This document shows, one piece after another, positions 19,097 through 28,396 of a stretch of DNA of 63,941 nt (positions are counted from its first letter, which is position 1; every line of letters starts with the position of its first letter). Source of the DNA: Phyllobacteriaceae bacterium (GTDB lineage: Bacteria; Pseudomonadota; Alphaproteobacteria; Rhizobiales; Rhizobiaceae); NCBI GenBank assembly GCA_029279965.1, contig JAJUHJ010000001.1:1-63941 (forward strand). The letters run 5' to 3'. The notes under the pieces are model-generated. The model did not search any database. It had not been told where the DNA came from and worked only from the letters and a program-made list of their open reading frames with translations. Both the position numbers and the translations under genes were made by a program.

Positions 19097-19654
19097 ATGC
19101 GGCAGTCGAACACCCGAAATCTCTTTGTCATTACCGGCGGTCCCGGCGCTGGCAAGACCACCCTTCTCCATGCCTTGCAGGCACGCGGCTTCGCCGTCGC
19201 GCCGGAGGCGGGCCGATCCATCATCCGCGCCCAGCGCGAAATCGGAGGGCGGGCCGGCAATGATGGCGATCGAAGGCTCTATGCCGAACTGATGCTTAGC
19301 TGGGAGCTCCGTTCATACGAGGAAGCGTCGATGGCGGACGAGATCTGTTTCTTCGACCGGGGTTTGCCCGATATCGTCGGCTATCTGCGCCTTTCCAAGC
19401 TTCCCGTACCGCAGCATGTGCTGCGTGCGGTGGACAGGTTTCGCTATAACAGCACCGTTTTCATCCTGCCTCATTGGCCGGAAATTTATGTTCAGGACGC
19501 CGAGCGCGCACAAACTGCGCAGGAGGCAGAGCGTACCTGCACCATGATGCAAGAGGTCTATGGAGAGGTCGGCTACAGGCCGCTTATGTTGCCGCGAGCA
19601 TCAGTGGATCAGCGATGCGATTTCGTGCTGGCGCATATCGAAATGTCCCGCTGA
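19097..19654 (+). CDS. AAA_28 (NadR/Ttd14-like) P-loop ATPase/kinase
   Basis: VITGGPGAGKTT, PEAGR, FFDRGLPD, PHWPEIYVQDAER. RBS AGAGGA precedes ATG 19097. Confidence 0.85.
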   Translation: MRQSNTRNLFVITGGPGAGKTTLLHALQARGFAVAPEAGRSIIRAQREIGGRAGNDGDRRLYAELMLSWELRSYEEASMADEICFFDRGLPDIVGYLRLSKLPVPQHVLRAVDRFRYNSTVFILPHWPEIYVQDAERAQTAQEAERTCTMMQEVYGEVGYRPLMLPRASVDQRCDFVLAHIEMSR

Positions 19655-19762
19655 AATGGGTTACTTTTATCAACCGTGGCTTTATCCGGTTTACGGCTGC
19701 GCTAAGCTTCAGTAGAGCTACGCGCAAAATTGCTGTCGATTCAGGATTGTTCAAAGACACCC

Positions 19763-20320
19763 ATGCCCGAGGATCGCATCCGCTACGATATACTTGCCCA
19801 GGAAGCGCTGCGCGGCGTCATGCGCAAGGTGCTGCAGGAGGTGGCCCAGGCGGGCCTGCCGGGAAATCATCATTTCTTCATCACCTTCCTCACCGGTGCG
19901 CCCGGCGTGCGCATCTCAAGCCGGCTGAAGGAGCGCTATCCCGAGCAGATGACGATCATCATTCAGCATCAATACTGGGATCTGAAAGTCAGCGAGAAGG
20001 GGTTTGAGGTCGTCCTTTCCTTTTCGGACCTGCCGGAAAAGCTCGAAATCCCCTTTGCTGCGGTGCGCGGCTTCTACGATCCATCCGTGAATTTCGAGAT
20101 CGAATTCGACGTGGCCCCGGAGTCTCAACAGCAGCACGAACCAGAGACTGGAGCCGCACCGGCCACATCCGATGTCCGCCCGGACGAGAAAGAAAGGCCG
20201 TCCCGGAAACGCCGGTCAGACGGAGAAGAACCAGAGAGCGCCCAAGAAAAGGACGTTGCGCAGGAAAAGGGTGCGGATGTGGTCTCGCTCGACGCCTTCC
20301 GCAAAAAACCTGATGGGTGA
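19763..20320 (+). CDS. sspB: ClpXP adaptor SspB (alphaproteobacterial type)
   Basis: IRYDILAQEALRGV, LPGNHHFFITF, YPEQMTII, ClpX-binding tail VVSLDAFRKK. Confidence 0.93.
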   Translation: MPEDRIRYDILAQEALRGVMRKVLQEVAQAGLPGNHHFFITFLTGAPGVRISSRLKERYPEQMTIIIQHQYWDLKVSEKGFEVVLSFSDLPEKLEIPFAAVRGFYDPSVNFEIEFDVAPESQQQHEPETGAAPATSDVRPDEKERPSRKRRSDGEEPESAQEKDVAQEKGADVVSLDAFRKKPDG

Positions 20321-20504
20321 GGTGGTCAATCTGCGCATCCACCGCAAGCGCAAAGCGAAGGCGGACAGGGAGCGCAGCGCCGCGGAAAACCGTCTACGAC
20401 ACGGTCGCACCCGGGCCGAACGCGAGGCGCACGCTGAGGCAAGCGCGCGGGAGACCGCAAGGCACGATGGCCATCGTCTTCAAGCCGACGACAAGACGAG
20501 ATGA
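20313..20504 (+). CDS. DUF4169 family small basic protein (63 aa)
   Basis: MGEVVNLRIHRKRKAK...AAENRLRHGRTRAE...HDGHR. Internal ATG of ORF 20172..20504, overlapping the sspB stop. Confidence 0.85.
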   Translation: MGEVVNLRIHRKRKAKADRERSAAENRLRHGRTRAEREAHAEASARETARHDGHRLQADDKTR

Positions 20505-20752
20505 GCGCGCCAAAAAAGCACTCGGTCACCATTCACGGCCACCGTACCAGCTTTTCGCTCGAAGACGCTTTCCTGAACGAGCTTGAGAGGATTGCGCGGC
20601 AGCGCGGGATGTCCATTGCGGCCCTGATCGCCGAGATCGACGCGGGTCGTCAGCGGGACACCAACCTCTCCTCGTCCCTGCGCCTCTTCGTACTCTATCA
20701 TGTCAAGCGCGAAGGCGGTGCTATCCCTTCCGATCAAGACCAGATCGGTTGA
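20501..20752 (+). CDS. Ribbon-helix-helix domain protein (RHH_4-like)
   Basis: KHSVTIHGHRTSFSLEDAF...NLSSSLRLFVL. ATGA overlap with DUF4169. Confidence 0.88.
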   Translation: MSAPKKHSVTIHGHRTSFSLEDAFLNELERIARQRGMSIAALIAEIDAGRQRDTNLSSSLRLFVLYHVKREGGAIPSDQDQIG

Positions 20753-20760
20753 GCGGAGCC

Positions 20761-23700
20761 TCACTCACCGGGCGTATCCAGAAGCTCCAGCAAGCGCTCG
20801 ACGGTGAGATCTTCGATATCGATCGTCGGCACGGTCGTCCTCGCCGTGCCTTCCTCCCGCCGAGGCCGCTCCCCTCCGGTTGCGGGCGGAGGAAGCGGTT
20901 CGCGCTCGATCGCCGAACCGGGTTCCTCTTGCGGGGCCGCGCCTGCTCCGGCGGGTGACGGCCCACTGCCATCGGTTTCTCCCTCCGGCCGGGGCTCCTC
21001 CTCGCGCTCTGCGCCTTGCCTCGCCTCGTTTTCGCGCTGTTGCCGCTGCCGATCCTCTTCCGCCCGTTGCGCGCGTTCGATCATACCGCGCAGGCGTGCA
21101 CGCTCGGCTTCCTGCGCTGCCTGGCGAGCGCGGCGATCGGCACGCTCTTGCGCCTGCGCCTCGTAATAACGCACCTCGCGCCGCAAGCGCTGCTTTTCAA
21201 GAAGCACGGCCTGCATATGCTCCACCCGCGCCTGCTCGCGTTCAAGTGCGCGCTGGGTGAGAAATTGTGCAAGGGGGCCCGTATCCAATTCGGGCTGCAC
21301 CTCCCCTGGCGCCCCACGAAGTGAGAAACGAACGGTCGGGTCCGAGCCGGCCACGGCATCCTGCCCCGCGTCATAGGTGATGCTGCCAGCCGCCGCCACG
21401 GTGCGTTCGGCAAGGTCTGCGGTCGCCTCCACACTCATGCGGGCATTGCCGCTTTGGAGCTGAACCGGCGGGGTGCGTACCGTCCCATTGGCAACAGTGA
21501 AGGCAAATTCGAGATCGCCCGCCGGGAATCGCCCGGCGCGCACCAGATCGGGCGCGAAGGTCGCAACCCTTTCGGCATTGACGTCAACACCGAGCCTGTC
21601 GGCGCGCTCGATAATCGATGGCAGGGCGGATGCGTCGAGCCCGGAAACTTGCAGATCTTCAAGAGCCGCCGAACCTGAACCTGAAAGAGAGGCTACCATG
21701 CCGTTCACGGACTTGCCGGAAGCCGTGAGGCTGGCGCTGAGATCGGCTCGCCCGGAAAGACCCGCACTCGGCAACACCTCCTGCAAGGGCGCATCCCTAA
21801 GCGAAAACTGCGAGGAGAAGAGCCCGGTGCCCCCATCGTTGCGCATTTCCGCCAGCCCCTCCAGCGAACCGCCGCGAAAACGTGCAGACAGATCGGACAC
21901 ACTCATTCCCTCCGGTCCGAAGCTGAGATCAAAGCGTGCTTCCCCGGCGGGACCGGCATTGCCGACCCACAAACGGTCCGCCGCAAGGGTGACATCTGCG
22001 CTAAAGGGCGCGTTGATGTTCTGTCTGAAAGGTCCCTGCGCCCAGGCGTCGCCTTCGGATTGCAGAGCCGAACTGCCGAACATCATCTCGGCTCCAAGAC
22101 CCAGATCCAGATCTTCGAGCGCCAGTGTTCCCGCAAGATGCGGCCGCCCGTCCCTGATCTGGCCTTCGAGATCGCCGCGAATGGAGCTGCCCGCCACCGT
22201 CCCCGCAATACCGCTCAAGGCAGCCGCGCCATCGCTGTAGTCGATCCTGGCAGTAAGCTCGGCCGGCAGGCCGTAGCCGAAACCGGGAAGAGAGACCCCA
22301 GCGGTGGCAAGCCACGGCTCCAGGTCTTCGCTTTCAAGGCGCACATCACCCACCGCCGAGCCACCATTGCCGAGGGTGAGCGCCCCATCAAAACCAGCGT
22401 TCAGGGCTGTCCCTGAAACACTCACCATCGTCTCCATTTCCTGCATCGGTATGCCCGTGGCCGAAAACGAGATCTCAGCGCCGCCGGTCATGCCGAGCGG
22501 CAGGGCAGGCAGTCCGAGCAGCGCATAAAGCGTTACTGCCTCGTCATTGTGCGCGGAAAAGCGCGCTTGCGTATGCGCGCTGCTTATATCCGGCGGGCTG
22601 CCTTCAGAAGAGAGCGAGAAGCCGAAATCCGTTCCCCCGCTCGTACCGCTGGCGCTGACGGCCACCCCAGAGCGCCCGCCGCCATCGGCAGCGGCACTGG
22701 CGATGATGTCAATTTCGCTGTCCGAGAGCAGCCCCGGATAGAGCTCTGCATTCCGGTCGAGAGCGGCCAGGAGCCGGTTTTCGGAGAAGCGCCGCGCCAG
22801 CATGTCCACCAGCGGCTCAAGATCGACGGCGATGACCGTGGCATCCACCTGTCCGGTGGGATCGCCCGCGATATCATCAAGGTGCCCGGTGGCGCTGATG
22901 TTGGCGCCGGCAAGGCCACTTACTGTCAAACGATCGATCTCCAGCGCGCCTTCACGCAAGCGCAACGCCGTATCGAGCCGCTCCGCCGTCAGTCCGCCTG
23001 CCGAAACAGGACCGGCGGCGATCTCCAGATCGACGTCATGGCCGGCCAGCCGGTTGTGCCCGGCCTCGTCCACGAAGAGGCTTGCAAAGGCCCGCATTCC
23101 CTCGACATCGAGTCGGTCACCCCGCAGTGAGAGCATGAGCGAGGGCCGTACGCCGGCAGGGCTGTGTCTTTCGATGTCGCCGCGAAAGAGTGCGTCGCCC
23201 AGGATCAGTTCCAGTTTATCGAAGCTCTGATGCTCCCCGGTCAACACGACATCGGCGCTGAACCCTGCCGCGGGAAGCGCTCGGATGGCCTCGTCCACAT
23301 CCCGCGCAAGCCATGCCGCAAAACCGGATGGCTGGTTCACCGCCAGGACGATAGCGCCATCGAACGACAGTGGCTCGCCCGTGGAAAGCATCCCCTGTCC
23401 CTCAAAGTGCGTACGTCCCGGCAATGTCGCGGCAACGGAAGCAATGTCCCAGCCATCGGCCGCCGGTTGCGCTTCGACGCGGATGTTGCGGATCGTGGTG
23501 TCCCCGACGATGATTGCCGGCAAGGTGACGGCGATTGTGCCGGGGATCGCGGGTTTTGGCAGATCCGCAACGAAGCGCCTCAGCGCTGCCAGCCGCTCGT
23601 CGGCCGAAAGGCTCGAAACGGCCTCTCCGATCGCTTCGGACCCGTCGAGCCTGATCTGCGCACCATCAGCCGTAATGGAGAAAGATGGATTGGCACCAAG

Positions 23701-24606
23701 CTCGATCGCGGCCTGTCCTTCAGCGGTGTAAAGCTCCTCCTCGGAGCCGGTCGCGAAACGGAACTCATCGATGGCAAGGCGCCGGTGGTCCAGCGCAAAG
23801 CGCCCGGAGACCCGGTTGCCTGCCTCGGCGATCTCCCTTCCCTCGCCCGAGGCGGCCGGTTGCAACGTGTGCAGGCGGAAGGTTCCGGAATAGAGCCCCT
23901 GCTCTCCCTCGAAACGTGCCTCGCCCTCAGTGATGAGGTTGAACGGATAGTCGTGGGGCTCGGCCGAAATGCGCACGCGCAGGGACCCGTCCGCGCCCAG
24001 CGCACCGGTCGAGGCGGTGAGGCTCAAGGGCACGCCGTTGAGAGAGAGCGTTCCCCCAACGCGCCAGGGGCCGGCAAGGGAACGTGCCGAAAGCGTGCTG
24101 TCGATATCGGCAATCTCGATTGTGCGGCCGCTCGCCTGTTGGTTGATGCTGATGGCACCATCGGTGATGGTCACGTTTTCCAGCGTCACCTGCCGGGGAT
24201 TGAATGGAGAAGACGGCCGCACCGCCCAGTTTATCCTCCCGTTCTGCCCGATCTCGATCCTCATGTTCGGCCGGACCAGCCGCATGTCGAAAATCAGCAA
24301 TTCACCGCGCAGGAAGGGCGCCAGTTCCGCATCCATGGAGAACTCATCCACGGTCATTGCCGGTTCGCCGGGCTGCGCGCCCGCGACCACGACGTCGGTA
24401 AAGGTAACGGACGGGAAAGGCAGCAGCCAGGCGCGCGCCGTTCCCTCCACCCGCACCTCACGGCCAAGGACGCGGCCAGCCTCACGCTCGAAATCCGCCT
24501 TGTAGGATGCCCAGTCGATGAAATAGGGCGCCACCAGCGCTGCGGTGAGCGCCAGCACCACCAGACTGCCAATGATGACGAACAGACGCGCCAGTTCATC
24601 CTCCAC
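20761..24606 (-). CDS. AsmA family envelope protein
   Basis: N-terminal TM then APYFIDW..FEREA..LLPFPSV, long beta-rich body, charged coiled-coil C-terminus. Confidence 0.88.
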   Translation of the reverse strand: MEDELARLFVIIGSLVVLALTAALVAPYFIDWASYKADFEREAGRVLGREVRVEGTARAWLLPFPSVTFTDVVVAGAQPGEPAMTVDEFSMDAELAPFLRGELLIFDMRLVRPNMRIEIGQNGRINWAVRPSSPFNPRQVTLENVTITDGAISINQQASGRTIEIADIDSTLSARSLAGPWRVGGTLSLNGVPLSLTASTGALGADGSLRVRISAEPHDYPFNLITEGEARFEGEQGLYSGTFRLHTLQPAASGEGREIAEAGNRVSGRFALDHRRLAIDEFRFATGSEEELYTAEGQAAIELGANPSFSITADGAQIRLDGSEAIGEAVSSLSADERLAALRRFVADLPKPAIPGTIAVTLPAIIVGDTTIRNIRVEAQPAADGWDIASVAATLPGRTHFEGQGMLSTGEPLSFDGAIVLAVNQPSGFAAWLARDVDEAIRALPAAGFSADVVLTGEHQSFDKLELILGDALFRGDIERHSPAGVRPSLMLSLRGDRLDVEGMRAFASLFVDEAGHNRLAGHDVDLEIAAGPVSAGGLTAERLDTALRLREGALEIDRLTVSGLAGANISATGHLDDIAGDPTGQVDATVIAVDLEPLVDMLARRFSENRLLAALDRNAELYPGLLSDSEIDIIASAAADGGGRSGVAVSASGTSGGTDFGFSLSSEGSPPDISSAHTQARFSAHNDEAVTLYALLGLPALPLGMTGGAEISFSATGIPMQEMETMVSVSGTALNAGFDGALTLGNGGSAVGDVRLESEDLEPWLATAGVSLPGFGYGLPAELTARIDYSDGAAALSGIAGTVAGSSIRGDLEGQIRDGRPHLAGTLALEDLDLGLGAEMMFGSSALQSEGDAWAQGPFRQNINAPFSADVTLAADRLWVGNAGPAGEARFDLSFGPEGMSVSDLSARFRGGSLEGLAEMRNDGGTGLFSSQFSLRDAPLQEVLPSAGLSGRADLSASLTASGKSVNGMVASLSGSGSAALEDLQVSGLDASALPSIIERADRLGVDVNAERVATFAPDLVRAGRFPAGDLEFAFTVANGTVRTPPVQLQSGNARMSVEATADLAERTVAAAGSITYDAGQDAVAGSDPTVRFSLRGAPGEVQPELDTGPLAQFLTQRALEREQARVEHMQAVLLEKQRLRREVRYYEAQAQERADRRARQAAQEAERARLRGMIERAQRAEEDRQRQQRENEARQGAEREEEPRPEGETDGSGPSPAGAGAAPQEEPGSAIEREPLPPPATGGERPRREEGTARTTVPTIDIEDLTVERLLELLDTPGE

Positions 24607-24705
24607 GAAGCCGGTGCAACCGCCTTGAGCCGCACAGGCATTCTGTTCTACCCAATTCCCACGATGGATGCATCGTCCCGTAGCGGCAAATCAAGGCGAA
24701 AGAAT

Positions 24706-25206
24706 ATGGAAACGTCAGGCGCTCCGCATATTTCACGCGTCTACAGCATCCAAAAGGACTGGATAGACTACAACGGCCATTTGAACATGGCATACTACAA
24801 CGTTCTTTTTGACAGGGCGTCCGACGAAGTTTCGGCCCTGCTTGGCATGGGGCCCGACTACGCACGGACACGGCGGCTGACCACCTACACAGCCGAAATT
24901 CATGTCAGCTATATACGCGAACTGCATCTCACCGATCGCGTAAAGGCGTCATGCCAGCTTCTCGACTATGACAAGAAACGCCTGCACACCTTCCAGGAAT
25001 TGCGCCATGTCGATGGCTGGCTGGCTGCCACTTGCGAGTGTATGACGCTGCACATCGACCTCGCCGGCCCACGGGTAGCGACGTTTCCGCCGGATATCAT
25101 GGCGCGCGTGGAGGCACTCGGGGCCGCACACGCGTCCCTGCCGCGACCGGCGCGGGCAGGCCGCGCGATTGCCATACGCCGCCGTGCCATGGAGCGTGAC
25201 GAGTAG
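24706..25206 (+). CDS. Hotdog-fold thioesterase family protein
   Basis: WIDYNGHLNMAYY and YDKKRLH. This is the real C-terminal part of the 680-aa ORF. Confidence 0.88.
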   Translation: METSGAPHISRVYSIQKDWIDYNGHLNMAYYNVLFDRASDEVSALLGMGPDYARTRRLTTYTAEIHVSYIRELHLTDRVKASCQLLDYDKKRLHTFQELRHVDGWLAATCECMTLHIDLAGPRVATFPPDIMARVEALGAAHASLPRPARAGRAIAIRRRAMERDE

Positions 25207-25226
25207 GCACGGGTTGCGAGCGCGCG

Positions 25227-25242
25227 TTAACCTCGTCTTAAC
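25227..25242 (+). promoter_or_regulatory. CtrA-binding site (full consensus)
   Basis: TTAA-CCTCGTC-TTAAC, an exact TTAA-N7-TTAAC match in an intergenic region. Confidence 0.75.
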
Positions 25243-25374
25243 CATCGCCGCACCATCGCCACATTTGCACAACTTCCTTGCGCGCATTCCTTGAAGCCCC
25301 CTGCCCGGGCTTCAGAATTCTGCTGTGTCCCTTGATGATTCGCGGGGCTTGAATATCGCTGGACGAGGAGGTCC

Positions 25375-25575
25375 GTGTTGAAGGTCGACGTAAGGCAGAT
25401 GTCGGATAGGCTCGCGCAGGATCCGGCTATCAGCGACTACGATGTCTGGCGCGCACTGAAATCGTTGGAAGACGAGCTTTACGAGATCGAGAATAGGCGG
25501 CGGCCGATCCCGATGGATCTCATCTTCGCACGCGCCATCCTGCGCCGGACCCAGAAGAACAGAAACCAGTTTTAA
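25375..25575 (+). CDS. Small hypothetical protein (about 66 aa)
   Basis: Strong RBS GAGGAGG, protein-like amphipathic sequence, fills the intergenic space. Confidence 0.65.
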   Translation: MLKVDVRQMSDRLAQDPAISDYDVWRALKSLEDELYEIENRRRPIPMDLIFARAILRRTQKNRNQF

Positions 25576-25721
25576 CTGGGTCCTGCAGCACGAACGCCCT
25601 GGACCTGCCCGCCCCGATCGCTTCGCGCAACAGGCGCGAGGCGGCTTGGCCCCACCGTCGCAAACCGGTACAAAAGGAAAACGCTTGGCCTTTAGCGCCC
25701 GAATCACCATATGCGGGTCCC

Positions 25722-28340
25722 ATGTCAGGTAATCCGGATGATCTGCCGTTTTTCGGCGATGAAGAAGCGCCCCCCACCCCTCGCGCGGGCGGAATCGCCG
25801 CGCGTGCGATCGCCGCGCGTCAATCGGCACGTTATCTCGATGGGCTGAACCCGGAGCAGCGGAAAGCCGTCGAGACGACCGAAGGCCCGGTTCTGGTGCT
25901 GGCAGGTGCCGGCACCGGCAAGACGCGGGTGCTCACCACGCGCATTGCCCATATTCTGGCCACCGGCCGTGCTTTCCCCTCCCAGATTCTCGCCGTCACC
26001 TTCACCAACAAGGCAGCGCGCGAGATGAAGACGCGCGTTGGCGTGCTGGTGGGCGAAGCCGTTGAAGGCATGCCATGGCTCGGCACGTTCCACTCCATTG
26101 GCGTGAAGCTGCTGCGCCGCCATGCGGAACTTGCAGGCCTCAAATCCTCCTTCACGATTCTGGACACGGACGATCAGATCCGCCTGCTGAAACAGCTGAT
26201 CCAGGCGGAGGGCCTGGACGACAAGCGATGGCCGGCACGCCAGTTCGCGATGATGATCGACGGCTGGAAGAACAAGGGTCTCGGTCCGGACGATATTCCC
26301 GAGGGCGATGCCCGAGCCTTTGCCAACGGGAAAGGCCGTATGCTCTATGCCGCCTACCAGCAGCGGCTGAAAACACTGAACGCCGTCGATTTCGGCGATC
26401 TCCTCCTGCACCCCATCCGCCTCTTCCGTGAGCATCCGGACGTTCTCAGGGAGTATCACAGGAAGTTCAGATATATCCTGGTCGACGAGTACCAGGACAC
26501 CAATACCGCGCAATATATGTGGCTGCGGCTTCTGGCCCAGCGGCCAGGAGAAAAGGCGCGGGACAGCGGCCGACCGATCTCCCCCCTCAAGGGAGAGATC
26601 AGTCAATCGCCCCATGCTCAGGCCGGAGCATCCGACCGGATGCCGGGCGACGTTTCCCCCGCCCCCGCGGAGCGAAGCCGCGATAGCGTGAGCGAAAACA
26701 AGATCAATATCTGTTGTGTCGGCGACGACGATCAGTCGATCTATGGCTGGCGCGGCGCGGAGGTGGACAACATCCTGCGCTTCGAGAAGGATTTTCCCGG
26801 CGCCACCGTGATCCGGCTGGAGCGCAATTACCGGTCCACGGCGCATATTCTCGGGGCCGCTTCCCATCTGATCGCCAACAATGAGGACCGCCTGGGAAAG
26901 ACGCTCTTCACCGAACAGGCAGATCCGGACGATGCAAGGGTCAAGGTCCATGCCGCCTGGGATTCGGAGGAAGAGGCACGCGCGGTCGGGGAGGAAATCG
27001 AGGCGCTTCAGGCAAGAGGAGAGTCCCTCAACAATATGGCAATCCTCGTGCGGGCCTCCTTTCAGATGCGCGAGTTCGAGGATCGTTTCGTCACCCTCGG
27101 CCTCAACTACCGCGTCATCGGCGGTCCGCGCTTTTACGAACGTATGGAGATACGGGACGCGCTGGCTTATTTCCGGGTGGTGGCGCAGGGCGCAGACGAC
27201 CTCGCCTTCGAGCGCATCGTCAATGTGCCCAAGCGTGGCCTTGGCGAAGCCGCCGTCCGTCAGATCCATGACGTGGCGCGTATGCGCGGCACCACGCTCC
27301 TGCAAGCCGCCCGCGATCTTGTCGGCACAGAGGAAATGAAGCCCAAGCCACGCGCGGCGCTGCGCAATCTGGTGGAAAGTTTCGAGCGCTGGCAGGGTCT
27401 TCTCGATCGCACGCCGCACACGGAGTTGGCCGAGATTATCCTGGAAGAGTCGGGCTACACGGAAATGTGGAAGAACGACCGCTCGGCGGAGGCCCCGGGA
27501 CGGCTCGAAAACCTCAAGGAGCTCATACGCTCCATGGAGGAATATGAAAGCCTGCGCGCCTTCCTCGAACATGTGGCTCTGGTAATGGACGCCGAGAGCG
27601 AGGAGCAATTCGACGCCGTCAGCCTCATGACACTGCATTCGGCCAAGGGACTTGAGTTCGATACCGTCTTTCTGCCCGGCTGGGAGGAAGGTCTTTTTCC
27701 TCACCAGCGCGCTCTCGACGAGGGCGGACGCTCGGGGTTGGAGGAGGAGCGGCGGCTTGCCTATGTCGGGCTGACACGGGCAAAGCAGAACCTGCATATC
27801 TGGTTTACCTCCAACCGCCGCATCCACGGTTTGTGGCAGTCCACCATTCCGTCCCGGTTTCTCGACGAACTGCCGGAAGCTCATGTCGAGGTCGTGGAGG
27901 ATGGAAGCGGTTACGGCGGTTACGGTCGGCAGCCTGGCCGGCCCAACCCATACGGCCCCTCGCGCTTTGACGAGGCAGGCAGCGTCTTTTCCAACACCTA
28001 TGGCACGCCCGGCTGGCAGCGCGCGCAGAAAAATGCCAACCAGGCCACGGCGCGCAACTGGGGCACGCGTTCAGGCCACCAGGTGGAGCGTATAGGGTAT
28101 GGCGAACCTGATTCCGGCTTTGGTGCGGGGCGCGGTTCCGTCAAGGGTCGCACCATCGATGGAGAGTTGGTGGCCAAATCCGTTTCCGACACGCCATCCG
28201 GCTTCAAGCCGGGCGACCGCGTCTTCCACTTGAAATTCGGCAATGGAAATGTCGCCGCGATTGACGGCAACAAGCTGACCATCAATTTCGACAAGGCCGG
28301 CCAGAAACGCGTTCTGGACGGCTTTGTGGAGCGTGTTTGA
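25722..28340 (+). CDS. uvrD: UvrD/PcrA SF1A DNA helicase
   Basis: LAGAGTGKT, VTFTNKAA, VDEYQD, VGDDDQSIYGWRGA, NYRST, TLHSAKGLEF, EERRLAYV, C-terminal Tudor-like RVFHLKFGNG. Confidence 0.96.
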   Translation: MSGNPDDLPFFGDEEAPPTPRAGGIAARAIAARQSARYLDGLNPEQRKAVETTEGPVLVLAGAGTGKTRVLTTRIAHILATGRAFPSQILAVTFTNKAAREMKTRVGVLVGEAVEGMPWLGTFHSIGVKLLRRHAELAGLKSSFTILDTDDQIRLLKQLIQAEGLDDKRWPARQFAMMIDGWKNKGLGPDDIPEGDARAFANGKGRMLYAAYQQRLKTLNAVDFGDLLLHPIRLFREHPDVLREYHRKFRYILVDEYQDTNTAQYMWLRLLAQRPGEKARDSGRPISPLKGEISQSPHAQAGASDRMPGDVSPAPAERSRDSVSENKINICCVGDDDQSIYGWRGAEVDNILRFEKDFPGATVIRLERNYRSTAHILGAASHLIANNEDRLGKTLFTEQADPDDARVKVHAAWDSEEEARAVGEEIEALQARGESLNNMAILVRASFQMREFEDRFVTLGLNYRVIGGPRFYERMEIRDALAYFRVVAQGADDLAFERIVNVPKRGLGEAAVRQIHDVARMRGTTLLQAARDLVGTEEMKPKPRAALRNLVESFERWQGLLDRTPHTELAEIILEESGYTEMWKNDRSAEAPGRLENLKELIRSMEEYESLRAFLEHVALVMDAESEEQFDAVSLMTLHSAKGLEFDTVFLPGWEEGLFPHQRALDEGGRSGLEEERRLAYVGLTRAKQNLHIWFTSNRRIHGLWQSTIPSRFLDELPEAHVEVVEDGSGYGGYGRQPGRPNPYGPSRFDEAGSVFSNTYGTPGWQRAQKNANQATARNWGTRSGHQVERIGYGEPDSGFGAGRGSVKGRTIDGELVAKSVSDTPSGFKPGDRVFHLKFGNGNVAAIDGNKLTINFDKAGQKRVLDGFVERV

Positions 28341-28347
28341 TCCCCCG

Positions 28348-28376
28348 CCTTCTCCGCTATTCTCGTGCGGAGAAGG
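28348..28376. terminator. Hairpin between convergent uvrD and hypothetical gene
   Basis: CCTTCTCCGC-N9-GCGGAGAAGG, a perfect 10-bp stem with no clear U tract. Confidence 0.5.
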
Positions 28377-28396
28377 TCAGGAAAAGCTGAAATCAG

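Noticed and set aside
23164-25206. 680-aa fusion ORF
   Set aside because: The first 514 codons are antisense to asmA. Only the thioesterase from 24706 is credible.
25725-27884. 719-aa antisense ORF over uvrD
   Set aside because: Codon-bias mirror frame of a conserved gene, with no domain motifs.
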